Positions 50,306 to 61,849 of a stretch of 64,000 nucleotides of DNA are shown one piece after another; position 1 is the first letter of the stretch; every line of letters starts with the position of its first letter. Below the pieces are notes generated by a model. That model ran no database searches. It was given only the letters and a program-made list of their open reading frames with translations, and had not been told where the DNA came from. Origin of the DNA: Carcharhinus amblyrhynchos (taxonomy: Eukaryota). Both the position numbers and the translations under genes were made by a program. The DNA is taken from assembly GCA_965287045.1 (NCBI GenBank), contig OZ336870.1:148056001-148120000 (forward strand), in the 5' to 3' direction.

Positions 50306-50833
50306 TGCTTTGAAAAGCAACTCGCACTTTTATCTGTGCAACCACATTTTTGACAAAATCCTTTAAAATTTCATGAGTTTGTCTTGCAAAAATGATGTTA
50401 AAATGCAAGCTGCAAGAGTTCATTTGCAGAGAAGCATAAAAACAAAATATGTGCTTGTTTGTTCTTCTAAAAAACAGGAAGAGTGTTGGCTTCCTGTTAC
50501 CAGGTAGTCTGCTGCAGTGAATAAAACACAGTGTTTCCTCGGTTTAACCTGTATGGTGTTGACTGTTGACTGAATATGCAATTAAAAACGCTGTTAGAGT
50601 TCAGTTATTTTTGCTGATTTGTATAAGAATTAGTCAAGTTACTTGCAACTGTTGTAGTACTTCACTGACTTGCTGATGTGTTAACAAGGTGCATATTCCA
50701 AGCAGAGTAGCTCTATAGAGTTCCCATTTCTCCACAAACTGTAATAACCATTAATTCCAGGAATATACTGTTACTTGGGACATCCAGCGTATGCACATCT
50801 CTGGAAAATTCTAAATTGTAAATTTAAACATAT

Positions 50834-51152
50834 GGGCAGCAGGGTGGCACAGTGGTTAGCACGGCTGCTTCACAGCTCCAGGGACCCCAGCTGGGTCACT
50901 GTGTGGACCTTGCACATTTTCTTCATGTCTGCGTAGGTTTTCTCCAGGTGTCTGATTTCCTCCCATAGTCCAAAGATGTGCGGGTTAAGTTGATTGGCCA
51001 TGCTAAAATTGCCCCTTAGTGTCCTGAGATGTGTAGGTTAGAGGGATTAGCAGGTAAATATGTAGGGATTAGGGGTAGGACCTGGGTGAGATTGTGGTTG
51101 ATGCAGACTCAATGGGCCAAATGGCCTCTTTCTGCACTGTAGGATTTCTATG
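50834..51152 (+). mobile_element. HE1-like SINE, full length
   Basis: gggcagcagggtggcacagtggttagcac head and ctgcactgtaggatttctatg CR1-type tail. Confidence 0.85.
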
Positions 51153-51259
51153 ATAAACCACTTTAATGTGTTTTATTCTATTATTTTAATGACAAATTTT
51201 CTGTTACATTGCTTATGTAGCAAAGGAAGAGCACATTGTATTCACAAGATTTAATAAAT

Positions 51260-51950
51260 AGAAACATGCATAGAAATGGAAGCAAAGGTAGGCCACCACC
51301 ATTCATTATGATTGTGGCTGATCATCAAATTCAAAACCCTGATCTTGCCTCCCCCCCCCCCCCCCCCAATCCCTTGATCCTTTTAGGTCAAGAACTATAT
51401 CTAATTCCTTTTTGAAATCTCACATTTTGGCTCAATCTCTTTCTGTGGTAATGAAGAAATTTTTCCTCACCTCAATCCTGAAAGGTTTACCTCTCCTGAG
51501 AGGCCATTCTCCTTAACAGTATCCAAAGTGGTTTATCTATTTTGCAGTGGAATAGCCAAAGAGTTTCCTACACAGCCTGCCTAGTCTTATTGCTGTGCCT
51601 GGTGGTCACCCATTCCTTTATTACTTGTGGAGCCTGAGCCTGCAGTATGATCATCTTGCTCTACGTGCAATTCATAATACCCTCTGCCTTGAGGATGCTC
51701 CAGAGTGTCCCTGGATACCATTCCGGAATGTCCCCAGATGCTGCTCCGGAGTGTCCCCAGACGTCGCTTTGTGGTATCCCCAGACCTGCTCCAGTGTCCC
51801 AAGGTGCTGCTCCAGCTCTGAAACTCAGGCTTCCAGAAACTGCAACTGGAGACACTTCCTGCACATACGCTGGTCCTGGTAACTGGAAACATTCCTGGTC
51901 TCCCAATATTTAGCAAGAAGAGCAGATTACGGCTTGGAGCTCTCTTGCCA
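51260..51950 (-). mobile_element. CR1 remnants: 3' tail (51260-51490) and ORF1 Zn-finger fragment with internal degenerate ~21-bp tandem repeats
   Basis: Minus strand MCRKCLQLQFLE...VSELEQHLGTL and repeated ggagcagc-tctggggacact units at ~51690-51815. Confidence 0.6.
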
Positions 51951-52917
51951 TGTCTTAGTTCTTTAAGTTAAATTAATCCTTTTAATATCAGACAACATCA
52001 ACTAGGGCCCTTCTTCTCTGCTGTTTGTTATTATAGAATATATTAATTTAATTTTGCTAACAAACTTATTGGGTGGTTACTGATGGACCTGAGGATAAAA
52101 TCCAGATTCATAATTTCAGTACCGAATTGAAGGACTGCTGAATTAATACAAATTCAGTTTTCTGGCTCACTGCCACTGTTCAAGCTCTTTAGTTGATTGT
52201 TAAATATCCCAAAGCACTTCTTGAAAATGAGCAGAGCCCTTCTGCATACCTTCCAATGTTTCCAGGTGCAATGGGCATCTTCCTAAGCACAAAATGACAA
52301 CCATATTTACCCAAGGCAATAACAATTACTATGTTCATTTTTTTTTCAGGATTTCTCAAACTTGTTCCTGTGCTGTAATTTTCTTTGTTTTTGGTTCTTT
52401 AATATGTTGATTATTATCTGATATACTCAATAGTTTGGTTGCAGATATAGCATTAGTGTTACAGATATAAATGGTGAATGACAGTTTGCATAGACTGATA
52501 TGACTTGTTGAATCATATGAACGCACTCACTGTTGATTTTTTAAAGAGATCTGAAACTAGGATTAGCTAGACAGTGGTTTCTGAAACAACAAGTTATTTA
52601 AATTATAAATATAATTTATAAATAAAAAAATGCTGGAAAAACTTAGCAAGTCAGGCAGCATCTCTGATAAGTGAAGCACTGTATGGCCAGGATTTAATGG
52701 CCCCTTTCCACACCCCCACCATTGATCGCCCGCAATAGGCCCCGCCGCCCCCAACCACCAGTCCTGAGAGTGACGATAGAAGAAAGGTCATTCTCCTGCA
52801 ATAGTGCTTCAGAACTTCTGAACTCTCTAGAACAGAGTGCAAGACTGCTGTGACACTTCAGTTGACATTGGCCCCTAGACTATATATGACAGTTCACTGA
52901 GGTTGGAGAGGCTCCAT

Positions 52918-53248
52918 CATAGAACCATAGCATTCTACAGTGCAGAAAGAGACCCTTCGACCCATCTAGCCTGCACTGAATACAATCTCACCCAGGCCCT
53001 ACCCCATATCACACCCACTAATCCTTCTAACCTACGCATCCCTGGACACTAAGGGGCAATTTCTTAGCACAGCCAATCAATCTAACCTGCACATCTTTGG
53101 ACTATGGGAGGAACCCAGAGGAAACCCATGCAGACATATGGAGAATGTGCAAACTCCACATAGACAGTGACCCGAGTTGGGAATCGAACCCAGGACCCTG
53201 GAGCTGTGAAGCAACAGTGCTAACCACTGTGCTACCATGCTGCCCATG
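52918..53248 (-). mobile_element. HE1-like SINE
   Basis: Reverse complement of the SINE consensus (ccactgtgctaccatgctgccc; cagtgcagaaagagaccc). Confidence 0.85.
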
Positions 53249-54873
53249 GTTGATGTTGATGTGTTGGAAATGGAGCTGACCATATCAGTCACTATTTTCA
53301 TCCCTGATCAGGTTTGCAGAGTTGAGAACTTAGCAGTTCAGCAAACCCGACCTTTAAAAATGTCCACCTGCAGGAAAGATTTTCAGTCAGGGGTTGGGCT
53401 GAAATAAGAGCTGGGGCAAGTTACCCCAGAAGAAGTGTGAAGCTGTTGATTGCGGGGATGCAGTGGGTGCAAGGCATTTCTCAGTCCTCCAGTGCCGTGT
53501 TTACATTTTAAAAAGACAAAAAAAATCCTTTCGGCCCTCAGCTTTCACCCACCCTCACATCCCTTTGTCCCATCCATGCCACCTATGGCCCATATGCCAA
53601 CTCATGCTAACCCGTAATCACCATCCATTACTCTTTGCTCTTCCTTCATCCATTTCAACTCAGTTACCATCTGTTGAAACTCCCTGGACAGCTTAACAGT
53701 TCCAAGAGTTTGTGCATGAGAAGTGCATGATCATGTTTAATCCTAACTTATTCTCCCAAATAGTGCCTTACTTCTCCCAAACATGTCCTGGCATCCTAGC
53801 CAAAGGAGCACCTTACCGCTCCAAAGGGATATCCTAGCTATCACAATAATCCACCAAGTTCAGAGCTCCTCTTACCTGGTCTGCTCTGTACGCTGCCAGA
53901 TTCACAAAGCTAGGGTTCAGAAGTCGTACTTGATTGGAGCCAACTGGTGGTTTAAGTGGCCAAATACCTTTATGAATACTGCAAATAGAAACTCTGGCCC
54001 AATTCCAGTCCCGCCCCTGTGAAGGTGGGAAATATTGGGTTTGGGAATGGAACTCAGAATTTTTGCCATGGTGTACAGTCTCTCCATGGCAAAAATCCAG
54101 ACCTATGTCTGTGCAAAGTCTTGAGACAAATTAAAATGTGTATCTTTTGTGCTTCTTAATATTCTACATAAACTCTTGGGCAGGCTATTTCATACACCCA
54201 ACACATCCTGGTCAGCTTTCTTTTTGCTGCCTGGCCTCTCAAACACAGCACCTGCAGCAGAACTAGAATACAATCTCTCCATTCAATAACCTGGTTGATA
54301 TGGCATTCTGCCCTCCCAGCCACGCTCCTTAATTTGTGTATTCATCTCCTTTGAGCAAGTCCCTAAAGCATGCAAAATGCCAACATCTGAGCTGACGTCT
54401 GTGAGGATGGATTGAATGATGTTGCATCTTCAGGAAGGAAAGGTCCCTCTTCCTCTTTGGGCAGAGGGGTTTCCACAGTCTCAATAGCTGAAATAAAAGA
54501 GGATAAAGCCTCCTGAGATTCTGTGGCAATAGAAGTTCTATTATGATGAATGCAAATGATGTAAAACAGAGCAGACCACATTGGACTAAATGATCTCCAA
54601 ACATTGAACAACTTGTGGTGTGAGGGGAGAGGTTTGAGAGAGAACAAGATAGTGAATGTATCTGCAGCTTGTCATACAGATTGTGCAGGGATAAGAAGGA
54701 AATCAGAAAGAACAAAGTGAATTAAATATAAAGAAACCCTGCATGATGACTCTCACAGTACCAGCGGTCACCACGGCCTCCACTGTGCTCCTGCTCCTGA
54801 TGGCAAACACAGTTTCTTTGAAGAAGGAGAAAGAGAGTGTCTGCAGGTGACTTCTTCGTCATTTGATGCCAAC

Positions 54874-55756
54874 GAGAGTCTGCAGAAGGATCTAGATAGG
54901 CTGGGCGAATGGGCCAGGAAATGGCAAATGGAATTTAATGTTGGCAAGTGTGAGGTGGTCCACTTTGGTAGGAAGAATGGTAGGAAGGACTATTACTTAC
55001 GGGGCGAAAAACTGCAGCAGGCGACAGTGCAGAGGGACCTCGGGGTCCTTGTGCATGAGTCGCAAAAACCCAGCTTGCAGGTGCAGCAGGTGGTCAGGAA
55101 GGCGAATGGGATGCTGGCCTTCATAGCGAAGGGGATTGAATATAAAAGTAGGGAGGTTTTGCTGCGGCTATATAGGGCATTGGTGAGGCCACAGCTGGAG
55201 TACTGTGTGCAGTTTTGGGCGCCGCACCTGCGCAAAGATATTTTGGCCTTGGAGGGAGTGCAGAGGAGGTTTACTAGGCTGATACCGGAGTTGAGGGAGT
55301 TGAGCTATGAGGAGAGGCTGAATAAACTGGGCTTGTACTCATTAGAGTTTAGAAGAATGAGGGGAGATCTCATTGAGACGTATAAGATGATGAATGGGAT
55401 GGATAGGATAGAGGTGGAGAGACTCTTCCCGCTCAAAAAAGACAGTAGGACTAGGGGGCACAGCCTCAAGATAAAAGGGGGGCGGTTTAGAACGGAGTTG
55501 AGGAGGAACTTCTTCACTCAAAGGGTGGTGAATCTCTGGAATTCTCTGCCCGTTGAAGTGGTGGAGGCTGCCTCGCTAAATATTTTTAAGACGCGGGTTG
55601 ATGGGTTTTTGATAAGAGAGGGGATTAAGGGTTATGGGGAGAGGGCGGGAAAGTGGAACTGAGCAGCGACAGATCAGCCATGATCTTATTGAATGGCGGG
55701 GCAGGCTCGAGGGGCTGGATGGCCTACTCCTGCTCCTATTTCTTATGTTCTTATGT
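54874..55756 (+). mobile_element. young CR1 3' fragment
   Basis: ORF 54847-55662 is almost identical to the C-terminal ~260 aa of ORF 5892-7724. TTCTTATG tail. Confidence 0.97.
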
Positions 55757-56349
55757 AACCATCCAGCTTTCTAAAGGTGTGTACAACATTCCCCTGTAAG
55801 AAAAAAGGGAATATGTTGGTAATAGGATTTTGCAATGCTTGGAAAATGTGGCTATCATTATGGAATAGCTGATAATTAGTGTGTGAAATTTGAGTTATGG
55901 ATAAGTGAGGGTATGATAGCAATGAGCGAGAGCAGAAGATGATGTAGCAAATTGAGGTGCAGTGATTGTGCAAGTGTGAAAGGAAGTGGGGAGGGGAGTC
56001 TTGCGGGCTGTGAGTCATTGATTAATGAGACTTTAAGTGGTGCAGCCATGAGCAAAGTGGAAAAGAGCATCTCCAGTGAGATAATTGAATTTCTTCCACT
56101 TGCAGTCATGCCCTAACATGTGGTAAACACATGCTTCTCAGTTCCCACTGATGACAGAGTAGATGCTTGGAATAAATTCACCTGATCCTAAGGAGAAGTG
56201 GCTCTGCCTCCTCCCATCCATAACCTGCATCAGGAACTCCAAGACACTATCAGGGAGCCTTATTGCCATATTGGAAATTGCTATAGCAATTTATTTCCTC
56301 TGTAACTGCAGCCAGAATGCACTACCCCATTATAAGTGGTACTGGCCAG

Positions 56350-57330
56350 TTTTAAGTGATGTTAGAGGTATCTGATATCTGCCCATCCTTTCATGGTCAT
56401 CAGTAGGTATTCAGACAGTGCTACAAATTGGCTCCACGCCTGACTCATAACAGTGGTCAGGCAGTTCAATATGAGTAAATTGTGGCGTACNNNNNNNNNN
56501 NNNNNNNNNNNNNNNNNNNNNNNNNNNNNNNNNNNNNNNNNNNNNNNNNNNNNNNNNNNNNNNNNNNNNNNNNNNNNNNNNNNNNNNNNNCACCTGAACC
56601 TTATCTACAGCAAGCCTCTCCACCACAGCCCCCATCGTTCTCTCTTTCCTTGGCGCCAGTCGTTGGTCACCCTGGTAGATATCGTCAGATACCATTTCAA
56701 CAGGTAATCCTTGTCGTCAATCAACCGTCCATCTGGATGAGCTGGAGTAGCAAAGATCCTGGACAGCTGAGGGCGACAAATGCATCAGGTATGCATCGTG
56801 TGAGCTGTCCAGGAACCTTGCACACACATGCAGAATCTAGGTCCTGCGGTCACATACAATCTGAACATTGATCATGTGAAAGCCCTTCCTGTTCACAAAG
56901 GCACTCAACTGACCAGCTGATGCCTTGATGGCCACCTGGATACAATCAATGGATCCCTTGACGCGGAGGGAACTCTATAGGCTGCAAATCTTTTTGTTCA
57001 CTCAGCTTGGCTGACCTGGTTTGTCCTGAAATGAATGATTCCTATCACACGTGGAACTGGACATCAGTGACCAGCCTGACACTGATTGTGTGGTTCCACA
57101 AAGATCACGCACAGCGACCTGGAATGATCCAGAAGTATAAAAGCTGTGTTACCGTGACCTTGAGAGCCACGGACATAGTCTCCAAATGTGTGGAAGTTAC
57201 CCAATCTCAGGCCCAATCATCTGGCAGACGCTCAACATGGCTTCCTTTGAAAGGTGGAGCTTCCTGCTGCACAGTATTTTGGTCATGCCAAGGTAATTTG
57301 ACCGCTATCCATACACACTGGCAGGAGGAT
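56350..57330 (-). pseudogene. PIF/Harbinger DDE transposase remnant
   Basis: Minus-strand motifs VKGSIDCIQVAIKA, GFHMINVQIVCD, ARFLDSSHDAY and DDKDYLLKW correspond to Harbinger IDCTH / HSINVQxxCD / PGSxHD / GDxGY. Confidence 0.8.
56491..56590. other. assembly gap (100 N)
   Basis: Run of exactly 100 N. Confidence 1.
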
Positions 57331-58485
57331 AGTGGTACCTTCTGTGGCAGCAGCCTCCTTGATGGCCCTGACCATTCTGTGTTTGTACTTCTGCCCAGGG
57401 GGAGGTGCCTGTGATCACCACATCTGAATTTTTGTTCCCGCTCCTCATTAGAGGAGGAGATGCTTCCATCAGCAGGTCGGCTAATGGGCCTCACCCATTG
57501 CACAAAGGGTGATAGAAAGACACTTTGGTGCCAGCTAACAGAAATATCATTTAACTCAACACTCTGATGTACACAACACAGGAAACATCCTATCAACACT
57601 CCAAAACACTCCACCCATACAAACGCTTAACTCCTCAGCCAGCGTTTACTTTAGCGTCCTTTTATCCTGCACTTGAATGAAGATAGATCAGTTTGGCTCA
57701 CCTCCTGCCTATGCAAAAGCTTAAGATTGCATGGACAACATGAAATTTAGGTCAATTGGTGTTTTAAACTGCTTAATCGTGGGGGCGATTTTCCGATCTC
57801 GCTGTGCCTGGCACAGATTGTGCCAATCTGAGAAAATAGCATGTGGACCTAAAAAGTGGTTTCACGCCTGGAGCCAAATGTTTTGAAATCTCTCCAGTCC
57901 CTTTCTATGAACGCAAACTGGATCAAGGTCCATTAGCATATTTAAAGTAGCATTTAAATGTGCTTAGTCCATTCAACACTGGATTCTCCCAGCCCCTGAG
58001 ATCTCCCAACCCTCAGGTGCAGCACCAATCCAGCTGGTCTCCAGTAGTGAAGACCAGGTGTGATGGCCGTGCCTTCAAGGGGGCCATTGAAGCTCCTAGG
58101 TGGTCGGGGAGATGGTTGGGCAGAACCCACTTGGCACCCTGACAGTGCCAGTTGGGTACTATTCTGGTGGCCTGGCATTGATGCTGGTATTGAAAGTCCA
58201 GTCAAGCACTGACAACAGTGCCAATTACAATAAAGGTTGCCTGCTGCAGTGTCATTGCATCCCTGGGAGAGGCCATGGGCATGAGTCCATATTGATTATG
58301 TTGGTCCATTCATGGGCACAATGCTTATCCTTCCTTTGATGCACATTGAAAGTGAATGGATGCTTTTATGGTGAAGTCTCTGACATCGCATGCTACAGTT
58401 GAGAAATTACATCAATGTTTTTCCACCCATTGAATACCTGAATTCATAGTATCTGTGGCCAAACAGGCCATCTAAAATGGTGATT

Positions 58486-59263
58486 TGTAAAGCACTCTGG
58501 GACAATTGGGCAAGAACTAAACCGACAGGCTGCAGTTTAAAGACAGAGACAAACAGGCTACAACCCTGGCGAGTGAATAAACAGGATATGGGTCATCTCC
58601 AGGATGGAAGGGATTTGATAGTCACAGTGGGTTGTTTACCAGACATAAGGACACCATGACCCCTTATTTAGGAGGGAAGTATGTGACCTTTGTGCATCCA
58701 GACATAGCCGTTGGGGACACACCCAGAGATTGGTGTGGCAGCACCTGATTAGACTCTTATTGATCAGGGGGATGAAGTCCTGATCGATTGATTAGCAATG
58801 GCCAAAAGGGGTGTGAAATACAATGGGGTATAAAGGGTGCTGTGCAACCAGGAATTTCTCTCTCTCTCTGAACCCACGAATGAGCTACAACAACAGTGAC
58901 CATTGCCGGCAACGACCAGCACGAGGAGAGCCACCACACCCGAGAAGGAAGGAAGACCAGGGCCAGTGTGCCAGACCAGACTAAAAGACCAGACTACGCA
59001 GACGACTACCGAGACTAGCGCACAGATAAAGGCCAATATCTGCTTGCCAGTCACGCAAAGTTAAGTCAAGGTCTTGTACTGGACTTGAACTTTAGTATTT
59101 TCCTGTAAGATAACTTATTGTTGGGTGGGTGGGTGATTATTGATTGTGTGGGTTTAAATAAATATTTGTTGTACTAATAAGACGTCTACTTGTAGTTATT
59201 TGTCCACCATTTAAGGGTTAAAACAGACTGTGCAGCAGGCAACATTGGCGTCCCTGAGTGGGC
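58486..59263 (+). mobile_element. 5' LTR with tRNA-Asn primer-binding site
   Basis: TGT...ACA (end at 59244; start approximate), TATAAA at 58829, AATAAA at 59157. TGGCGTCCCTGAGTGGGC (59246-59263) is a 17/18 match to the complement of the tRNA-Asn 3' end. Confidence 0.8.
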
Positions 59264-59525
59264 TTGATAAGAAGTAACTTTGTTGCTCCGATACTGAATC
59301 CCGCAGACTATACATTGAACAGTTATTTAAAACTCAGAGCCAACAGGTGTAAACTCCTTGAACAAATTTCTGGAAATTGTTTATTGTGCATGTATTGTTA
59401 TTAACAAAGAGGATAGGGTAAACTCTGTAGGTTTGTATTAGAATCCAGAGGGATTAGGACCGGAACATAGTGTAAAGCCGTACCCACAGTCCAATCGATT
59501 CCCTACCCCTTGTAGTTAATATAAA

Positions 59526-59700
59526 ATGGCAGGAAACAGTATAGAGACAGAGAAGTGTCCCATGTGGTGAAAAAGAATCAGGGAATATATTAAGAAGAAA
59601 GGGTGGCCCCTATGGGCAGAATCTTGTGCCAATACTGAGACGGGACCGGGATCCTTAGGGCAGAAGTATTGGGATGACCTAAGGAAAGTTCAGTTGAAAG
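59526..59700 (+). pseudogene. gag-like ORF start of the Asn-primed LTR element (internal stop)
   Basis: MAGNSIETEKCPMW*KRIREYIKKKGWPLWAESCANTETGPGSLGQKYWDDLRKV begins ~260 nt after the PBS. The gag identity is inferred from position. Confidence 0.5.
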
Positions 59701-59884
59701 TTCTTGTTTGGTTAGAATTAAAGTTCAGTAAAGAATTAATGAGTTGCAACTCTTTGTGTTCGAGTTGGCACTAGAGCTGTTAAATAAATAGTTGAATTAC
59801 TGTTCTTGTTTGTCTCATTAAACTGGAATACTTGGAAAGTGTTTAAATTAAAGACATATAACAGAATGGCACCCCAGATGGTAC
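59700..59884 (+). mobile_element. partial second LTR (R/U5) with tRNA-Arg primer-binding site
   Basis: AATAAA near 59783 and ...TAACA end at 59863. TGGCACCCCAGATGGTAC (59867-59884) is a 17/18 match to the complement of the tRNA-Arg(CCU) 3' end. Confidence 0.65.
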
Positions 59885-60149
59885 TCAATAAGAGGCAAGT
59901 AGTGTTACCCCAGGATTGAGCCTTTTATTTATTAAGTGGTTTCTTCTCCAATTGAATTGCTCCGAAGAACAATGAGGGGGATCTCTGGGTGAGTAGCTTA
60001 TTTATACTCTAAATCACTTCCCGACTACCTCCGCGCCTAACTTCTGCTAATTTGAAAAAAAAATTCCCCACGAACCAGAAAAGGAAAAAAAACCGCGAAA
60101 GAATAAACAGAGATTCGGCACCTCACCAGCAGCCACAAGCACTCCTCCA

Positions 60150-61700
60150 ATTGAATATATATAAATGATTTGGAAGAGGGAGTAACTGGTGTGATCAGCA
60201 AGTTTGCAGATGACACGAAGATGGTTGGACTTGCTGATAGTGATGAGCAGTGTCAGGCAATACAGCAGTATATAGATAGGCTGGTATATTGGGCAGAGAA
60301 ATGGCAGATGGAATTTAATCCTGATAAATGTGAGGTGATGCATTTTGGAAGGAATTATGTAGGGGGGAGTTATACGATAAATGGTAGGACTATTAAGAGT
60401 ATAGAAACACAGAAGGACCTAGGTGTGCAAGTACACAAGTCCTTGAAGGTGGCAGTACAGGTGGAGAAGGTGGCGAAGAAGGCTTATGGTATGCTAACCT
60501 GTATAGGAAGGGGTATAGGGTATAAAAGCTGGTGTCTAATGTTGCAGTTGTATAGAACGTTGGTTTGCCCGCATTTGGAGCACTGCATCCAGTTCTGGTC
60601 ACCTTACTACCGGAAGGATGTGGAGACCCTGGAGAGAGTGCAGAGGAGGTTTACCAGGATGCTGGCTAGTATGGAAGGACTGAGCTACGAGGAGAGATTG
60701 GGCAAATTGGAAAGATGGAGAATGAGGGGAGATCTAATAGAGGTGTATAAGATTATGAAGGATATAGATGGAGTGAACAGTGGGAAGCTTTTTCCCAGGT
60801 TGGATACAAAAATCACAAGGGGCCACGGGCTTAGGGTGAGGGGGACGAGGTATAATTCCGATGTTAGAGGGAGGTTTTTCACACAGAGGGTTGTGGGGGC
60901 CTGGAATGCACTGCCAAGTAGGGTGGTGGAGGCAGGCACACTAGAGTTGTGTAAGGCTTACCTAGATAGGCACATGAGCAGACTAGAGATGGAGGGATAC
61001 AAAAGACTGTTCTAAATAAGGATCAAGAGCCTCAGGACGTTCCTGGGAATCAATAGATTCCTATGGACCGTCCAACATATTTTATGGCTCACCTGTCTTA
61101 CGTTTGAGCTTCTGGGGATTCCGTGAATGTCTGTATAAGCTGTGTATATTTATTGATGTCTTTTTTTTTTACATCCACAGGTGATTCGGTCTGCCTTGTT
61201 GGCCAACAAGGGGCATACATGCGGTGGGTCGTGCGAGGGCATTGGATGTTGCTTCGAGAGTTGCCTAGTACTTCACTTTGTTGGTGTACGTTTAAACTGG
61301 ACCAACTGATGGGCAACATGATGGCTCAGTGACTATCATTGTTTGCTGTACAGATACGTGGGCCTGGGTTGGATCTCCGACTTGGGCCAGTGTCTGTGGG
61401 AGTTTGCACATTCTCTCCGTGCTTGCATGGGTTTTCCCCAGGTGCTTCGGTTTCCTCCCACACCCCAAAAATGTGCTTTTAGGCTGATTGGTGTTAACAA
61501 ATTGTTCCTAAATTAGACCTCCCCAAATCTGGCACACATATAATTCTCTAAATTTGCACTCCTTTATTGAGGAGCCCAAGAGGCGTAGACAAAAGTCATA
61601 GGTAGAAGAAGGATTGGAATAAGGCACTCACTGAATGTTAAAATGGCGGTGTGGGCTTGTTGGGCCAAAGGGCCTGTTTCCTGTGCTGTGTTGTTGTTCT
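60150..61700 (+). mobile_element. CR1 3' fragment (ORF 60170-61015) with SINE-containing 3' region, nested in the LTR element
   Basis: KFADDTK...EHCIQFWSPY...RFFTQRVVGAWN. SINE-like segment ~61310-61500. CR1 tail gggccaaagggcctgtttcctgtgctgt at ~61660-61700. Confidence 0.9.
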
Positions 61701-61849
61701 TTAAGTGATCCAGGTATTTCATTTAATGCGATGAAACAACAACAGAGTGAGCGTTGTTCCTGGGCTAAGCGCCTGTCTTCCTTTCTTAGTTAATCTAGAA
61801 GTGAGATTTTGAAGTAAGATTAGTCAAGGGGAAGGGTGAACTCTATTGT

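Noticed and set aside
50112-50423. 103-aa minus-strand ORF next to the cytokine gene
   Set aside because: It overlaps the promoter elements upstream of the TATA box, has no signal peptide or family motif, and appears to be an incidental open frame.
51350-51367. Poly-C run (G-quadruplex potential on the minus strand) ~1.3 kb upstream of the cytokine TATA box
   Set aside because: A simple homopolymer expansion inside a CR1 tail; its length may be a sequencing artefact.
54329-54715. Minus-strand ORFs as IL21 exons expected from synteny
   Set aside because: No cytokine motifs or phase-0 exon structure; the region lies in transposon-derived sequence. IL21 was not found in this window.
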